In this document: in pieces, positions 1-10,037 of the stretch
How the letters are laid out: each line of letters starts with the position of its first letter
How positions within the stretch are numbered: the first letter of the stretch is position 1
Assembly: GCA_963725665.1 (NCBI GenBank)
Contig: CAVRZA010000011.1
Coordinates: 256,001-320,000 of the forward strand
DNA length: 64,000 nucleotides
Direction: 5' to 3'
Source: an uncultured Actinomycetes bacterium
GTDB lineage: Bacteria; Actinomycetota; Thermoleophilia; UBA2241
Made by a program: the position numbers and the translations under genes
The notes under the pieces: model-generated
Told to the model about the DNA's origin: nothing
Database searches by the model: none
Seen by the model: the letters and a program-made list of their open reading frames with translations, nothing else

Positions 1-382
1 TCACGATGGAGACGCCCAGGCCGGCGAGGCGGGTGAGCCGCTGCGCCCTCTCGCGCAGGGGCTCGACCAGGTCGACGCCCTCGAAGGCGCGGAAGCGCGG
101 CGCGAGGCGGCGGGCGATCTCGATGTTGCTGTAGAGGATGGCAAAGAAGATCGCGCCGAACACGACCCCGACGACGAGAGACGTCCAGATGCGCCGCCAG
201 AACACGACCCTCAGGTCGACTTCGCCGAACCACAGCCAGTCGATGTAGTAGCGGGACAAGACGGCCAGCACGACGAGGACCACGACGACCACGGCGGCGA
301 TGATGCCGAGCCGCAGCCTGGGAGGCCGTGCCTGAGCAGGAGGGCCCCGTCGAGCCCTGGGGAAGGGGGTGACGTTGCTCAC
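1..382 (-). CDS. UPF0182 family membrane protein, N-terminal part (runs off window)
   Basis: Translation from GTG 382: MSNVTPFP...LSRYYIDWLWFGEVDLRVVFWRRIW..., the UPF0182 N-terminal 'YxDxLWF' signature; CATAAT 6 nt upstream suggests a leaderless start. Confidence 0.8.
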   Translation of the reverse strand, partial: MSNVTPFPRARRGPPAQARPPRLRLGIIAAVVVVVLVVLAVLSRYYIDWLWFGEVDLRVVFWRRIWTSLVVGVVFGAIFFAILYSNIEIARRLAPRFRAFEGVDLVEPLRERAQRLTRLAGLGVSIV

Positions 383-471
383 CGCGCTATTATGGCAGAA
401 GTGCGGGGCAAGGTGGCGATGGTCGGCGCAAACCTCAGCGCCGGGCGCCGCCGCCCGGTCGGCCTAGTCGG

Positions 472-2520
472 TCAGAAGGCTGCGGACGAGCGCACCCGAG
501 ACGCCCGCTGGCCGGGTATCCAGGCGTCCTCCGTGTCCTTGAGGAACGACAGGAGCCTGTCCACGTAGCGGGGGTCGAACTCTCGGCTCGCTCCCGCTCG
601 CAGCCGCTCTCGCGCCGCCTCCCCGCTCCCCATAAGAACGAACGCGCGCACGACCGCGAACGCTCGCGCCACGCGCGGTATCCGCTCCCCGCTCAGACCC
701 TCAGGATAGCCCGCGCCGTCCCAGCGCTCGTTTGCGGAGAGCAGCGCCGCCAGCGCCGCGCTGTGCCGCGACACCGCCGTGATGCGACCGCGACGGTGCT
801 GTGACCCTGGGGTCTCTGCGGCACCCCCGGGCATCGCCTCGGCGTCGGGACCTAAGGCGCCCCGCGAATCGATCACGCCGAGCGCGGCGGCGAGACCGGT
901 AGCCTCCTCGTCGCTCATGCCGACGTAACGCGCAAACTCGTGCCCCAGCGTGGCCAGACGATGCTCGCCGCCGCGCTCGGCCAGCGCTTCACGCTCACCG
1001 TAGTCGCAGACACGGTCGCGGCCCAACGCCTTGGCGCGCAGCAGGGCGCTGTCAGCCGCGCCGAGCAAGGCGTCCTTGTCGCGGGCCGACTCGGGAAAGG
1101 CGGCGATGCCGATCGACATGCTCACGCGCACGCCCGGCGCCCCGGGTTCGATCTCGCGCACTTGGTCGCAGATGCGCTGCGCCACCGGCCGCGCCTCGGT
1201 CCGCGTCGTGCGCGGCAGGATGACGGTGAACTCCTCGCCGCCGTAGCGCGCCAGGTAGTCCGACTCGCGTGAGCAGCGCTTGAGCACGGAGGCGACCTCG
1301 CGCAGCACCTCGTCGCCGCGCTGATGGCCCACCGTGTCGTTGACGCTCTTGAAGTGGTCGAGGTCCATCATCAGGAGACAGAACTCCTCGTCGTAGCGCT
1401 CGGCCCGGCTCACCTCAGCCGCCAAAGACTCCTGGAAGTGGCGGTAGTTGTGCAGCCCCGTCAGGCCGTCGCTGATGGCTTGCAGCTCCATCTCCATGTA
1501 GGAGCGCGCGTTCTGGAGGGCGATGGCCGCCTGGTTGGCGAACAGCCGCGCCAGCTCGAGCTCGCGCTCGTCGAAGGTGCGCCCCCCGAGGCGGTCCAGG
1601 GTGAGGACCCCGCTCACCTCGCCCATCACCTGCAGGGGGACGATTATCGAGGCCTGCGGTTCGGTCGGCGTCTCGGGAATGACATACGCGCGCGGGTCGA
1701 CGTTCATGTCGTTGATGAGCAGCGCCTGCTTGTGGGCCACGGCCCAGCCGCAGACACTGCCCTCGACCGGCACGCTCGCGGCGAGCATCTCCTCGGCGTT
1801 GGTGTCGCGGGCGAAGATCGCCACCAGCGCGCCGCGCGCCTCGTCGAGCACGCGGATGTCCATGGCGTCGTAATCGACGAGCGTCTTGAGCATCTCGGCG
1901 ACCTGCTCCAGCACCGCCCGCTGATCGAGCGTCGAGAGCAGCACCTCGGAGAGATCGAAGAGGTCGTGGCGCACCTCGAGCTGCTGCTCGAGCTGCCTCG
2001 TCGTCGCCTCGAGCTCCTCGTAGTGCTTGGCGTTGATCACCGCCAGGGCCGCGTGGGCGGCGAAGACCTCGAGCGGCCTGATGTGCTCGAGCGTCGGGAT
2101 CTTGTGGTCCTGCGGGTCCCACAGGTCCAGGACGCCCATGACCCTGTCCTGCTTGTCGTGGAGCGGCACGAAGAGGCTGTCGTCGGGATGCCACTCCCCC
2201 TCGTCCTCCGACGGTTGCAGATCGGGCACGGGGAAGTAGCGCAGGTCCTCGGGGCTCCACGAGTAGTCGCGGTGGTCGATGAAGTACGCCCGGCCCACCT
2301 GGAAACGCTCCGACATGAGGCGCTCGAACACCTCGGCGGGGACGGGCGTCTCGAGCACCTTGCGGTCGACGTCGGGGAACCGCCCCACCGTCGCGTAGGC
2401 GCGAAAGACCCCTTTTTCGGGCTCGAGCAGGTAGATCGACGCCTCGTTGAACCCGAAGGCGTCGACGGTCGTCGCCACGATGGCGCGTACCACGTCACCG
2501 AGACGCGAACCCGCGCGCAA
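472..2520 (-). CDS. GAF-GAF-GGDEF diguanylate cyclase with degenerate C-terminal HD-GYP
   Basis: Two GAF-like repeats, DGLTGLHN, RESD I-site, GGEEF; tail ERWDGAGYPEGL lacks HD/HHE. True start may lie ~80 nt upstream (in-frame CTG near 2603). Confidence 0.9.
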   Translation of the reverse strand: MRAGSRLGDVVRAIVATTVDAFGFNEASIYLLEPEKGVFRAYATVGRFPDVDRKVLETPVPAEVFERLMSERFQVGRAYFIDHRDYSWSPEDLRYFPVPDLQPSEDEGEWHPDDSLFVPLHDKQDRVMGVLDLWDPQDHKIPTLEHIRPLEVFAAHAALAVINAKHYEELEATTRQLEQQLEVRHDLFDLSEVLLSTLDQRAVLEQVAEMLKTLVDYDAMDIRVLDEARGALVAIFARDTNAEEMLAASVPVEGSVCGWAVAHKQALLINDMNVDPRAYVIPETPTEPQASIIVPLQVMGEVSGVLTLDRLGGRTFDERELELARLFANQAAIALQNARSYMEMELQAISDGLTGLHNYRHFQESLAAEVSRAERYDEEFCLLMMDLDHFKSVNDTVGHQRGDEVLREVASVLKRCSRESDYLARYGGEEFTVILPRTTRTEARPVAQRICDQVREIEPGAPGVRVSMSIGIAAFPESARDKDALLGAADSALLRAKALGRDRVCDYGEREALAERGGEHRLATLGHEFARYVGMSDEEATGLAAALGVIDSRGALGPDAEAMPGGAAETPGSQHRRGRITAVSRHSAALAALLSANERWDGAGYPEGLSGERIPRVARAFAVVRAFVLMGSGEAARERLRAGASREFDPRYVDRLLSFLKDTEDAWIPGQRASRVRSSAAF

Positions 2521-2709
2521 CTCCTCGCCCAGGCGTCCCAGCCCGGCGAGCAGCGCGCCGCCGTCGTCCGGCGGCTTCGGCTCCTTGAAGAAGAGATGGA
2601 CCAGGGCTCCGCCTTCCCTGAAACGAGCTCGCTCGCCTCTAGTGTACCCCCGCGTGCAGGGTGAGAAGGAGTGCCGCCGTAACGAGAGTTGTCTGGATTG
2701 CCTACTGGC

Positions 2710-2756
2710 GAGGGGGCGGGGGAGCGGGCCCTCCCGGCGCGCTCCCCCGCCCCCTC
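2710..2756. terminator. 17-bp perfect GC-rich stem-loop (terminator/REP-like)
   Basis: GAGGGGGCGGGGGAGCG ... CGCTCCCCCGCCCCCTC just downstream of the aminotransferase stop. Confidence 0.5.
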
Positions 2757-2822
2757 ACATCCCTTCCGTCGCTCGCTCCGCGACCGGGAGTCCCGGCGCG
2801 GTCCGCCAGGACCAAGGCGCGC

Positions 2823-4214
2823 CTAGGCGGTCAGCTCGTCCGCCATCTCGGCGAAGACTTCCACGTACCTGTCGGCCTCCGCCAGCGTGTGCTGCACCGA
2901 GATCGTGAACTCCTGGTCCCGTCCCGGGGCTGCGAAGATGCCGCGATTGGCGAGGTAGAGCCAGGCCAGGTCCATCACCTCCGCGTCCTGGTGCATCACG
3001 TAGCTCTCGTAGTCGGTCACCTTGGTGTCGGAGAACGTGATGCACCCCTTGGCGCCGATGGCCACCGGATACGCGGGAAGACGGTGCGCGTCGATGACCT
3101 CCTGGCAACCCTGCTTGAGCCGCTCGCGCACGCCGGCAAGCTGCGCGTACCCTTCGGGCGTCAAGACCTCGAACAGCGTCGCGCGGGCCGCCGCCATCGT
3201 CAGCGGGTTGCCGTTGAAGGTTCCGACCTGCCACACCTTGTCGTTCTCGACGACCGCGAACACCTCATCGCTGCCACCGATAGCGCCGGAAGGCACGCCG
3301 CCGCCGAGGCTCTTGGCGAGAGTGACCATGTCGGGCAGCACGCCGAAGTACTCGGTCCCGCCTCCCGGAGCGACAGTGAGACCTGTCTTGACCTCATCGA
3401 ATACCAGCACGACGCCGTGCTTCTTCGTGAGCTCGCGCACCCGCTCGAGGTAGCCCGGCTCGGGCAAGACGACGCCGATGTTCATCATCGCCGGTTCCAT
3501 GATCATGCAGGCCGGTACACGCCCCTCCGCCGCCAGCGTCTCCAGACGCCTCTCCATCGCGTCGGCGTCGTTGAAGGGCACGGCGACGGTCATGTCGACG
3601 ACCGCTTGCGGGATCCCTTCGCCGTAAGGGAGCGAGAAGTACGCATCACGTGGGCCCAGGTCGCCGTAGTTGCCCGGCACCGACACCATCACATAGTCGT
3701 GATGGCCGTGATAGGAACCGAAGATCTTCATCACGGTGTCACGTCCGGTGAGGGCGCGTGCGATCCTGATGGCGTCCATGGTCGCCTCGGATCCTGAGTT
3801 CGTGAACCGCCACTTGGGGAGCCCCCAGCGCCGGGCCAGCTCCTCGGCGACCTCGACCCCCGCCTCGGTGGGTTCGCAGTACTGGGTGCCGTGGGTCACT
3901 TGCTCCTGTATCGCCTTGACGATGGCGGGATGCGCGTGGCCGTGCACCATGCAGCCGAAGCCGTTGAGATAGTCGATGTACTCGTGGCCGTCGACGTCCC
4001 AGATGCGCGATCCCTTCCCGTCTTTCATGTAGATCGGCCAGGGGTCGCGCCAGTGGTACGACGACCCGATGCCCTTGGCGAGGGACTTCCGCGCACGCTC
4101 GTACATCGCCGCCGATCCGGGCGTGCTGTCGTTGAAGCGCGTCAGCTCGCGGGCACTCAACTGTCCCACGCGGTCGCGATCGAGCGGCCGCGATCGGATC
4201 TCCTGGGTCTGCAT
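2823..4214 (-). CDS. Class III PLP aminotransferase (GSA-aminomutase-like)
   Basis: DVDGHEYID, NSGSEA, VFDEVKTG, LAKSLGGG, GTFNGNP; GAGGGAG SD before ATG 4214. Confidence 0.9.
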   Translation of the reverse strand: MQTQEIRSRPLDRDRVGQLSARELTRFNDSTPGSAAMYERARKSLAKGIGSSYHWRDPWPIYMKDGKGSRIWDVDGHEYIDYLNGFGCMVHGHAHPAIVKAIQEQVTHGTQYCEPTEAGVEVAEELARRWGLPKWRFTNSGSEATMDAIRIARALTGRDTVMKIFGSYHGHHDYVMVSVPGNYGDLGPRDAYFSLPYGEGIPQAVVDMTVAVPFNDADAMERRLETLAAEGRVPACMIMEPAMMNIGVVLPEPGYLERVRELTKKHGVVLVFDEVKTGLTVAPGGGTEYFGVLPDMVTLAKSLGGGVPSGAIGGSDEVFAVVENDKVWQVGTFNGNPLTMAAARATLFEVLTPEGYAQLAGVRERLKQGCQEVIDAHRLPAYPVAIGAKGCITFSDTKVTDYESYVMHQDAEVMDLAWLYLANRGIFAAPGRDQEFTISVQHTLAEADRYVEVFAEMADELTA

Positions 4215-4368
4215 CTCGCTCCCTCCCTCTGCTGCCCGGCCCGGCGGACGTGCGCCGAGCGTCACCTTCTCGGCGAAGTCATCCTCCGGCTGCATACTTC
4301 GCGCCTGCTCGCACACCCCTCACCACCAGCGAGTGGTCATAGGTCTCGCCCGTGATCGACGATGCCTC

Positions 4369-5715
4369 TCATCGGCAGCGCCTGTCATCGACCCGGTGGC
4401 AGGCCGTCTTGCCGTCTCCGCTGGTCATCCTGGGCAGCGACATCGGCTCCGCCAGCTCGATACGCGGGGTGACGCCGATGGTCCCCTTCGTCGCCTTGGC
4501 AAGCTTCTGCGAGAGCTTCTCCCGCGCCTCTTCGTCCAGCTCGCTGAGCTCGCAGATCTCCACTTGAAGAGTGAGCTGGTCGCGGTTCATCGAGGTCTCG
4601 AGGACCATGCAGAAGTTGTTGCCGACCTTGTCGAACTGCGCCAGGACCTCCTCGATCTGGCTCGGGAACACGACGTACGCGCCGATCGACAGGGCCTCGT
4701 CACTCCGACCGGTGATCTTGCCTATTCTTGGATGCGAGCGGCCGCAGGCACACGGGCTCCACGTTAGCGACGACAGGTCGTGGCTGCGAAAGCGGATCAT
4801 CGCCATGGAATCGCTCGAGAGAGAGGTCCAGACGAGCTCGCCCGGCGCGCCGTCATCCACCCATTCGCCCGTCGCGCGATCGATGCACTCCACCAGGAAG
4901 GAGTCTGACCACACGTGCATGCCGTCCCTCTCCGGGCACTCACAGGCCATGCCGGGCCCCAGGAACTCGCCCATGCCGAACTCGTTGAAGGCCTCAACGC
5001 CCAGGCACGATTCGAGCCGTCGGCGCCCTGACTCGGGCCAGGGCTCGGCGCCGAACAAGCCCACCCGCAGGCTCGAGTCCCTGGCGAGATCGACGCCGCG
5101 CTCGCGCGCCCTGTCTGCGAGGTAGAGCCCGTAGGAGGGCGTCGTGACGATGGCGGTGACACCCAGGTCGACGATCAGGTCGATCTGCAGCTCGTACCGG
5201 CCGATGCCGGCAGGGACCACGCCGACGCCCATCTTCTGGGCGCCGTAGTGGAATCCGATCCCGGTGGCCAGCCCGTACGAGAAGCAGTTCTGGAGAAGGT
5301 CTCCCGGACGCAAGCCGACCATCCACAGCGAGCGCGCGTTCAGCGAGGCCCACTCGTCCATGTCGTGCCGCGTGGCGAAGATGGGGATGGGCTTGCCGGT
5401 GGTCCCCGACGTGGTGTGCACCTCGAGGACCTCGTTCCGCTCGCACGTCATCAGGCCGTGGGGATACGCCTCGCGGGCGGTCTGCTTCTCGAGGAAGGGC
5501 AACTTGCGCACATCCTCGAGCGCCGTGATGTGCCGGGGCTCGACGCCCGCTGCGCGGCACAGGTCCCGGTAGGCGGCGCTGCGCTCGTACGCCGTGGAGA
5601 CTCTGCTCTTGAGTCGCTCCAACTGCAGCTCCCGGAGCGCGCGAACGTCGAGCGTCTCAGCCCGCAAATCGAAGTAGGTCCGCAGCTCCTCGGTGTTGCC
5701 GATCGCCTGTCTCAT
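4369..5715 (-). CDS. paaK: Phenylacetate-CoA ligase family (aryl-acid CoA ligase)
   Basis: TSGTTGKP AMP-binding loop, TTPSY, GLFGAEPW, PCACGR, GRSD; directly downstream of iorAB. Confidence 0.85.
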   Translation of the reverse strand: MRQAIGNTEELRTYFDLRAETLDVRALRELQLERLKSRVSTAYERSAAYRDLCRAAGVEPRHITALEDVRKLPFLEKQTAREAYPHGLMTCERNEVLEVHTTSGTTGKPIPIFATRHDMDEWASLNARSLWMVGLRPGDLLQNCFSYGLATGIGFHYGAQKMGVGVVPAGIGRYELQIDLIVDLGVTAIVTTPSYGLYLADRARERGVDLARDSSLRVGLFGAEPWPESGRRRLESCLGVEAFNEFGMGEFLGPGMACECPERDGMHVWSDSFLVECIDRATGEWVDDGAPGELVWTSLSSDSMAMIRFRSHDLSSLTWSPCACGRSHPRIGKITGRSDEALSIGAYVVFPSQIEEVLAQFDKVGNNFCMVLETSMNRDQLTLQVEICELSELDEEAREKLSQKLAKATKGTIGVTPRIELAEPMSLPRMTSGDGKTACHRVDDRRCR

Positions 5716-5748
5716 ACGAATCCCCGATCCCCTACGGTACTCATCCGA

Positions 5749-6357
5749 TCAGACACGTGCGGGTGCGGGCGGGAGCCCTGACCGCCGCCCCACCGCGAAC
5801 GCCGCCAGGTTGACCTGCAGCCAGTCCGTGTTCACCGAGTTCTCGATCGCCCGTCGCCATGCCTCGTCTGCGAAGGTCAAGTGGTTGGCGAGCACGCCCA
5901 AGAGCACGACCCCTGCCACCTTGCCGCTCCCGGCCTCCTCGCCGAGCCTGTTGCCGTCCACCGCGATCAGGCGGTAGCTCTGACCGCGCATCCGTTCGAG
6001 CGCGGCGTCGGGGTAGGAGTGTGTGCCCGTCGCGGCTATCGGGGGGACGATCCTCTCGGTGTTGACGATGGCCACGCCATCGTCGGCGACGGAAGGAGCC
6101 CAGCGCAGCCCTTCCGCGATCTCGAACGCGAGGAGATAGTCGACCTCTCCCGGGGTGATGGCCGGAGCGATCACCCTCGTGCCGATCCTGACGTGCGCCT
6201 GCACGCTGCCGCCGCGCTGCGACATCCCGTGCGTCTCGCTCTCCTTGACTTCGAGACCCCCGTGAAGAAGCGCCGCCTCGGCGACGATCGTGGCGGCCAG
6301 TATGACGCCTTGGCCCCCGACACCGACGATCAGGATGTCCGCGTGTCCGTCGCCCAT
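5749..6357 (-). CDS. iorB: Indolepyruvate:ferredoxin oxidoreductase beta subunit
   Basis: GVGGQG and ETHGMSQRGGSV motifs; start overlaps the iorA stop. Confidence 0.9.
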   Translation of the reverse strand: MGDGHADILIVGVGGQGVILAATIVAEAALLHGGLEVKESETHGMSQRGGSVQAHVRIGTRVIAPAITPGEVDYLLAFEIAEGLRWAPSVADDGVAIVNTERIVPPIAATGTHSYPDAALERMRGQSYRLIAVDGNRLGEEAGSGKVAGVVLLGVLANHLTFADEAWRRAIENSVNTDWLQVNLAAFAVGRRSGLPPAPARV

Positions 6358-8138
6358 CACGCCCTCGCCTTCGAGATCGCCTGAGGCCGGCAGACCTGAG
6401 CGCATATCGAGCAACCCGTGCACGCACTGGCGTCGATGGCGATCTTGTGCCGGTTCTTCACCATGGAGTCGGTCCAATGGAGGGCGGGGCAGGCGAGCTT
6501 CATGCACTGCTGGCAGGCGGTGCAGGCCTCCTCGTCCACCTCGTAGACCTCGTCGGCCCTTACCTTGCGCGGGAACAGGACGCACGGCCGGTTGGTGATG
6601 ACGACCGAGGGTCCCTCGAAGTCCAGAGCGGCCCTCAGAGCGGCCGTGCAGGCGTCGAGATCATACGGATCGACGGTCTGGACGCTCTTCACGCCGAGCG
6701 CCCGGCACAGCGCCGGCAAGTCGACGGGGGGTGTCTCGACGCCCGAGAGGTTGCGCTCGGAGCCGGGGTGCGTCTGCCCTCCGGTCATGGCCGTGATGTT
6801 GTTGTCCTGGATCAGGAGGGTCACGTTCGTCTTCTGATGGACGGCGTTGAGCAGACCCGAGACACCTGAGTGGAAGAAGGTCGAGTCCCCGATCACAGCG
6901 ATGGAGCCTTTCTCGTAGCCCCCCGCCCGCCCGACCCCCTGCGCCATGCCGATGCTGGCGCCCATGGCGACGACGGTGTGCATGGCCGACATGGGCGGCA
7001 GACAACACGAGTCGTAGCAGCCGATGTCACCGTTCACGTAGAGGCCGAGACGCTTGATGGCCGTCACCATGCCGCGGTGCGGGCAGCCGGCGCAGAAGAT
7101 CGGCGGCCGCGGGATGACGCTCGTGTCGCGCGCGACGCGAGGCTTCTGCCACCGCGGCAGAGCGACACCGGCCTCGTCGAGGCCACGGCCGACGACCTGT
7201 GGAGTCAGCTTCCCCTGCGCTGGGAAGAACGCCTTTCCTTCGACGGCGATGCCGTCGGCGAGGATCTGCTCCTCGAGGAAAGGCTCAAGCTCCTCCACCA
7301 CGAAGAGGCGTTCGACTTGCTGCGCGAACCGCCGAACGGCGCCGATCGGGAGCGGGTTCACAAGACCGAGCTTGAGGAAAGCGGCGTCCGGCACGGCCTC
7401 CTTGGCGGCGAGGTAGGCCGCCCCGGAGGTGATGATGCCGAGTCTCTCGAGATCGCCTACGCCCGGCTCCACCCGGGCGAGGGGGGGTCCCTCGGCATAC
7501 TCGCACAGGCGGGCCAGCCTCGCGGCCAACCCGCGATGAAGCTCCCGCGAGAACACCGGGACCAGGCAGTACTTGGCGGCGTTCTTCTCGAGGTCCTTGC
7601 GCTCACGCTCGACGCGCTCGCCGAGCTCGACCAGGGATTTCGAGTGCGCGATGTCGGTCGTCACGCGCACCATCACCGGGATGTCGTAGGTCTCGCTGAG
7701 CTCGAGCGCGATGCCGACGAAGTCCTTGCATTCCTGGCTGTCTGAGGGTTCGAGTATCGGGATGCCTGCGAGCCGGCCGAAGTAGCGATCGTCCTGCTCG
7801 GTCGACGAGCTGTCCATGCCCGGGTCGCTGCCGCAGACGACCACTAGGCCGCCGTTCACTCCCGTATACACGGAGCTGATCATGGGATCGGCGGCCACGT
7901 TGACGCCGGGGCTCTTCATCGCGGTCAGGGCCCGCACGCCGCCGACCGCGGCGCCGAAGGCCACTTCGTAGGCCACCGCCTCGTTGGTGGACCACTCCGC
8001 GTACACCGGGTCGTAACGAGCGATGTTCTCAAGGATCTCGCTGCTGGGGGTGCCCGGGTAGGCAGCCGCGACCCGCACCCCGTGTTCGTAGGCTCCGCGC
8101 GCGATGGCCTCGTTGCCGAGCATGAGCCGCCTCGTCAT
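6357..8138 (-). CDS. iorA: Indolepyruvate:ferredoxin oxidoreductase alpha subunit
   Basis: GNEAIARGA, YPGTPSSEI, PRPPIFCAGCPH, GDIGCY, GDSTFFHSG, TAMTGGQ, C-terminal 2x[4Fe-4S] motifs. Confidence 0.93.
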   Translation of the reverse strand: MTRRLMLGNEAIARGAYEHGVRVAAAYPGTPSSEILENIARYDPVYAEWSTNEAVAYEVAFGAAVGGVRALTAMKSPGVNVAADPMISSVYTGVNGGLVVVCGSDPGMDSSSTEQDDRYFGRLAGIPILEPSDSQECKDFVGIALELSETYDIPVMVRVTTDIAHSKSLVELGERVERERKDLEKNAAKYCLVPVFSRELHRGLAARLARLCEYAEGPPLARVEPGVGDLERLGIITSGAAYLAAKEAVPDAAFLKLGLVNPLPIGAVRRFAQQVERLFVVEELEPFLEEQILADGIAVEGKAFFPAQGKLTPQVVGRGLDEAGVALPRWQKPRVARDTSVIPRPPIFCAGCPHRGMVTAIKRLGLYVNGDIGCYDSCCLPPMSAMHTVVAMGASIGMAQGVGRAGGYEKGSIAVIGDSTFFHSGVSGLLNAVHQKTNVTLLIQDNNITAMTGGQTHPGSERNLSGVETPPVDLPALCRALGVKSVQTVDPYDLDACTAALRAALDFEGPSVVITNRPCVLFPRKVRADEVYEVDEEACTACQQCMKLACPALHWTDSMVKNRHKIAIDASACTGCSICAQVCRPQAISKARA

Positions 8139-8383
8139 GGCCTCATCTCACCGTGCCCCTCCACCAGACAGCAAGCCGACTCCATTATCATCCAGGATAC
8201 CGGACGGGCTTCTTCACGGCACGCATTGTGTGAACGGACTCAAAGGCCTGCGTCACGGTCCTCGGCGTCGGTCACGGCGCCCAGTGCGGGTGTCGCCTGC
8301 CAAAGAACGGGGTGTCCCTCCCACGCGCATGGTGCGTTCTCTGTCGCTTGACGTATCACGCCCTCACCAGAAAGATGTGCACC

Positions 8384-9091
8384 ATGGGCGAACAGACACC
8401 ACCTAGAACGGGAGCGAACCACGCGGTCGCTCCGGACGTACCTCTGGGGGCACTGGGCGGTGTCCTACGCCGGGCGCGTGAAGCCGCTGGCATCGGCGTA
8501 CGGGAGATGGCCAGCAGACTGGGCTGCTCCCCCAGCCACGTCTCCCAGGTCGAGCGCGGCGTGACGAGCCCCTCAGTGCACACGCTCTTCAGCATGGTCA
8601 GAGAGCTGGGCGTGTCGCTCGACGACTTGCTGGTCGCGGCGTCGGCGGACATGGTACCTCCGAGCACGGGGGAGATCGGACCGTGGCCGGGGCGCATCGT
8701 CCGTTCTGCCGACCGCCGTTGCATCGCGCTGCCCGGCGGTGTCAAGTGGGAGATGCTCATCCCCGCCGTCGAGGAAGGCTTTGAGTTCGTCGAGTACGTC
8801 TACGAGGTCGGCGGTCGCGACGGCGACGATTTCTTCAGACGAAACGGTTGGGAGTACGGCCTGGTACTCGAGGGACGGCTGAAGGGCGCCATTGGTTTCG
8901 CGGAGTTCGTTCTCGAAGCTGGTGACTCGATCGCCTTCGACTCCAGCGCCCCGCACCGCTTCTCCAACGCGGGCGATATCCCGGCTCGGGCTGTCTGGGT
9001 CTGGCACAGCCCGGCCATCGCGGGCGACAAGCCCGCCCAGGCCCTCGATGCTCGACGGGCCCACAACGAGCCCGACCGCAACGAGCCGTGA
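8384..9091 (+). CDS. XRE-family HTH plus cupin transcriptional regulator
   Basis: HTH (LRRARE...SQVERG...PS), cupin (E...VLEG...L.AGDSIAFDSSAPHRF). Confidence 0.88.
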   Translation: MGEQTPPRTGANHAVAPDVPLGALGGVLRRAREAAGIGVREMASRLGCSPSHVSQVERGVTSPSVHTLFSMVRELGVSLDDLLVAASADMVPPSTGEIGPWPGRIVRSADRRCIALPGGVKWEMLIPAVEEGFEFVEYVYEVGGRDGDDFFRRNGWEYGLVLEGRLKGAIGFAEFVLEAGDSIAFDSSAPHRFSNAGDIPARAVWVWHSPAIAGDKPAQALDARRAHNEPDRNEP

Positions 9092-9299
9092 GCAGACGGG
9101 GCGCTCGCAAAGAGTACCCCGAGCGGAGAGGGGGTGAGGGCCACCCAGGGCATCCACCGCACGTCCACGTGGTCTCGGCTGGCTGAGTGCGACCGGGAGC
9201 GGTCGCCAAAGCGACGTCGGCACGGGCAGATCGCCCACCGGCAGTCTCCAGGCGGCGACCGCGTTTCATCGGCAGGCGTCAGATGGAGGTGTCGTCGCA

Positions 9300-9938
9300 G
9301 TGAGTTTCTTCACCGAAATGAAGGATGCGGTGGTCAGGGGGGACAGCCAGGCGTGCATCGACCTGGCGACAAAAGCCGTCGAGTCCGGCGTCGATCCCCA
9401 GCAGGCCATCCAGGAGGGGTTCGCCCCGGGTATGGAGGTCGTGGGCCGGGGGTTTGAAGAAGGAAGCCTGTTCCTCCCCGACATGATACTCGCAGCCGAG
9501 GCTATGACAGCCGGAGTGAGCGTCCTCGAGGCGGCGATGCCCGCGAACGAACTCGAGGGAAGGCGAAAGGCGAAGGCCGTCGTCGCCACCGTCCAGGGCG
9601 ACGTGCACGACATCGGCAAGAACATCCTGCGCATCGTGCTGTCGACGTCCGGCTTCGACGTGGTGGACCTCGGCCGCGATGTGAAGGTGGCGACCATCAT
9701 CGCGCGGGCGAGGGAGGAGCGGGCAGACATCATCGGCGCATCGGCCTTGATGACGACGACGATGATGTACATGAAGGAGCTGCTCGAGGAGCTCTCCGAG
9801 GCGGGGATCCGCGAGGAGTTCAAGGTCATGGTGGGTGGCGCGCCGGTCACTGACGCCTGGGCGCGGGAGATCGGCGCCGACGGGTACGCCAAGGACGCCT
9901 TCGCCGCGGTCCAGCTGGCCAAGCAGCTGGTGAAGTGA
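9300..9938 (+). CDS. Methyltransferase cognate corrinoid protein (MtmC/MttC-like)
   Basis: Cap domain (GMEVVG..FE...FLPDM), DVHDIGKN B12 motif, SALMTTT, VMVGGAPV. Confidence 0.93.
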   Translation: MSFFTEMKDAVVRGDSQACIDLATKAVESGVDPQQAIQEGFAPGMEVVGRGFEEGSLFLPDMILAAEAMTAGVSVLEAAMPANELEGRRKAKAVVATVQGDVHDIGKNILRIVLSTSGFDVVDLGRDVKVATIIARAREERADIIGASALMTTTMMYMKELLEELSEAGIREEFKVMVGGAPVTDAWAREIGADGYAKDAFAAVQLAKQLVK

Positions 9939-10037
9939 CGCGGCCGTTTCGGCCGTTGATGCGACGACCGGATGTCCACGCCGCGCGCGCTGAGGCGGGC
10001 ACCATCCGGCATCAGCACTGATGGGAGGAGCAACGAA

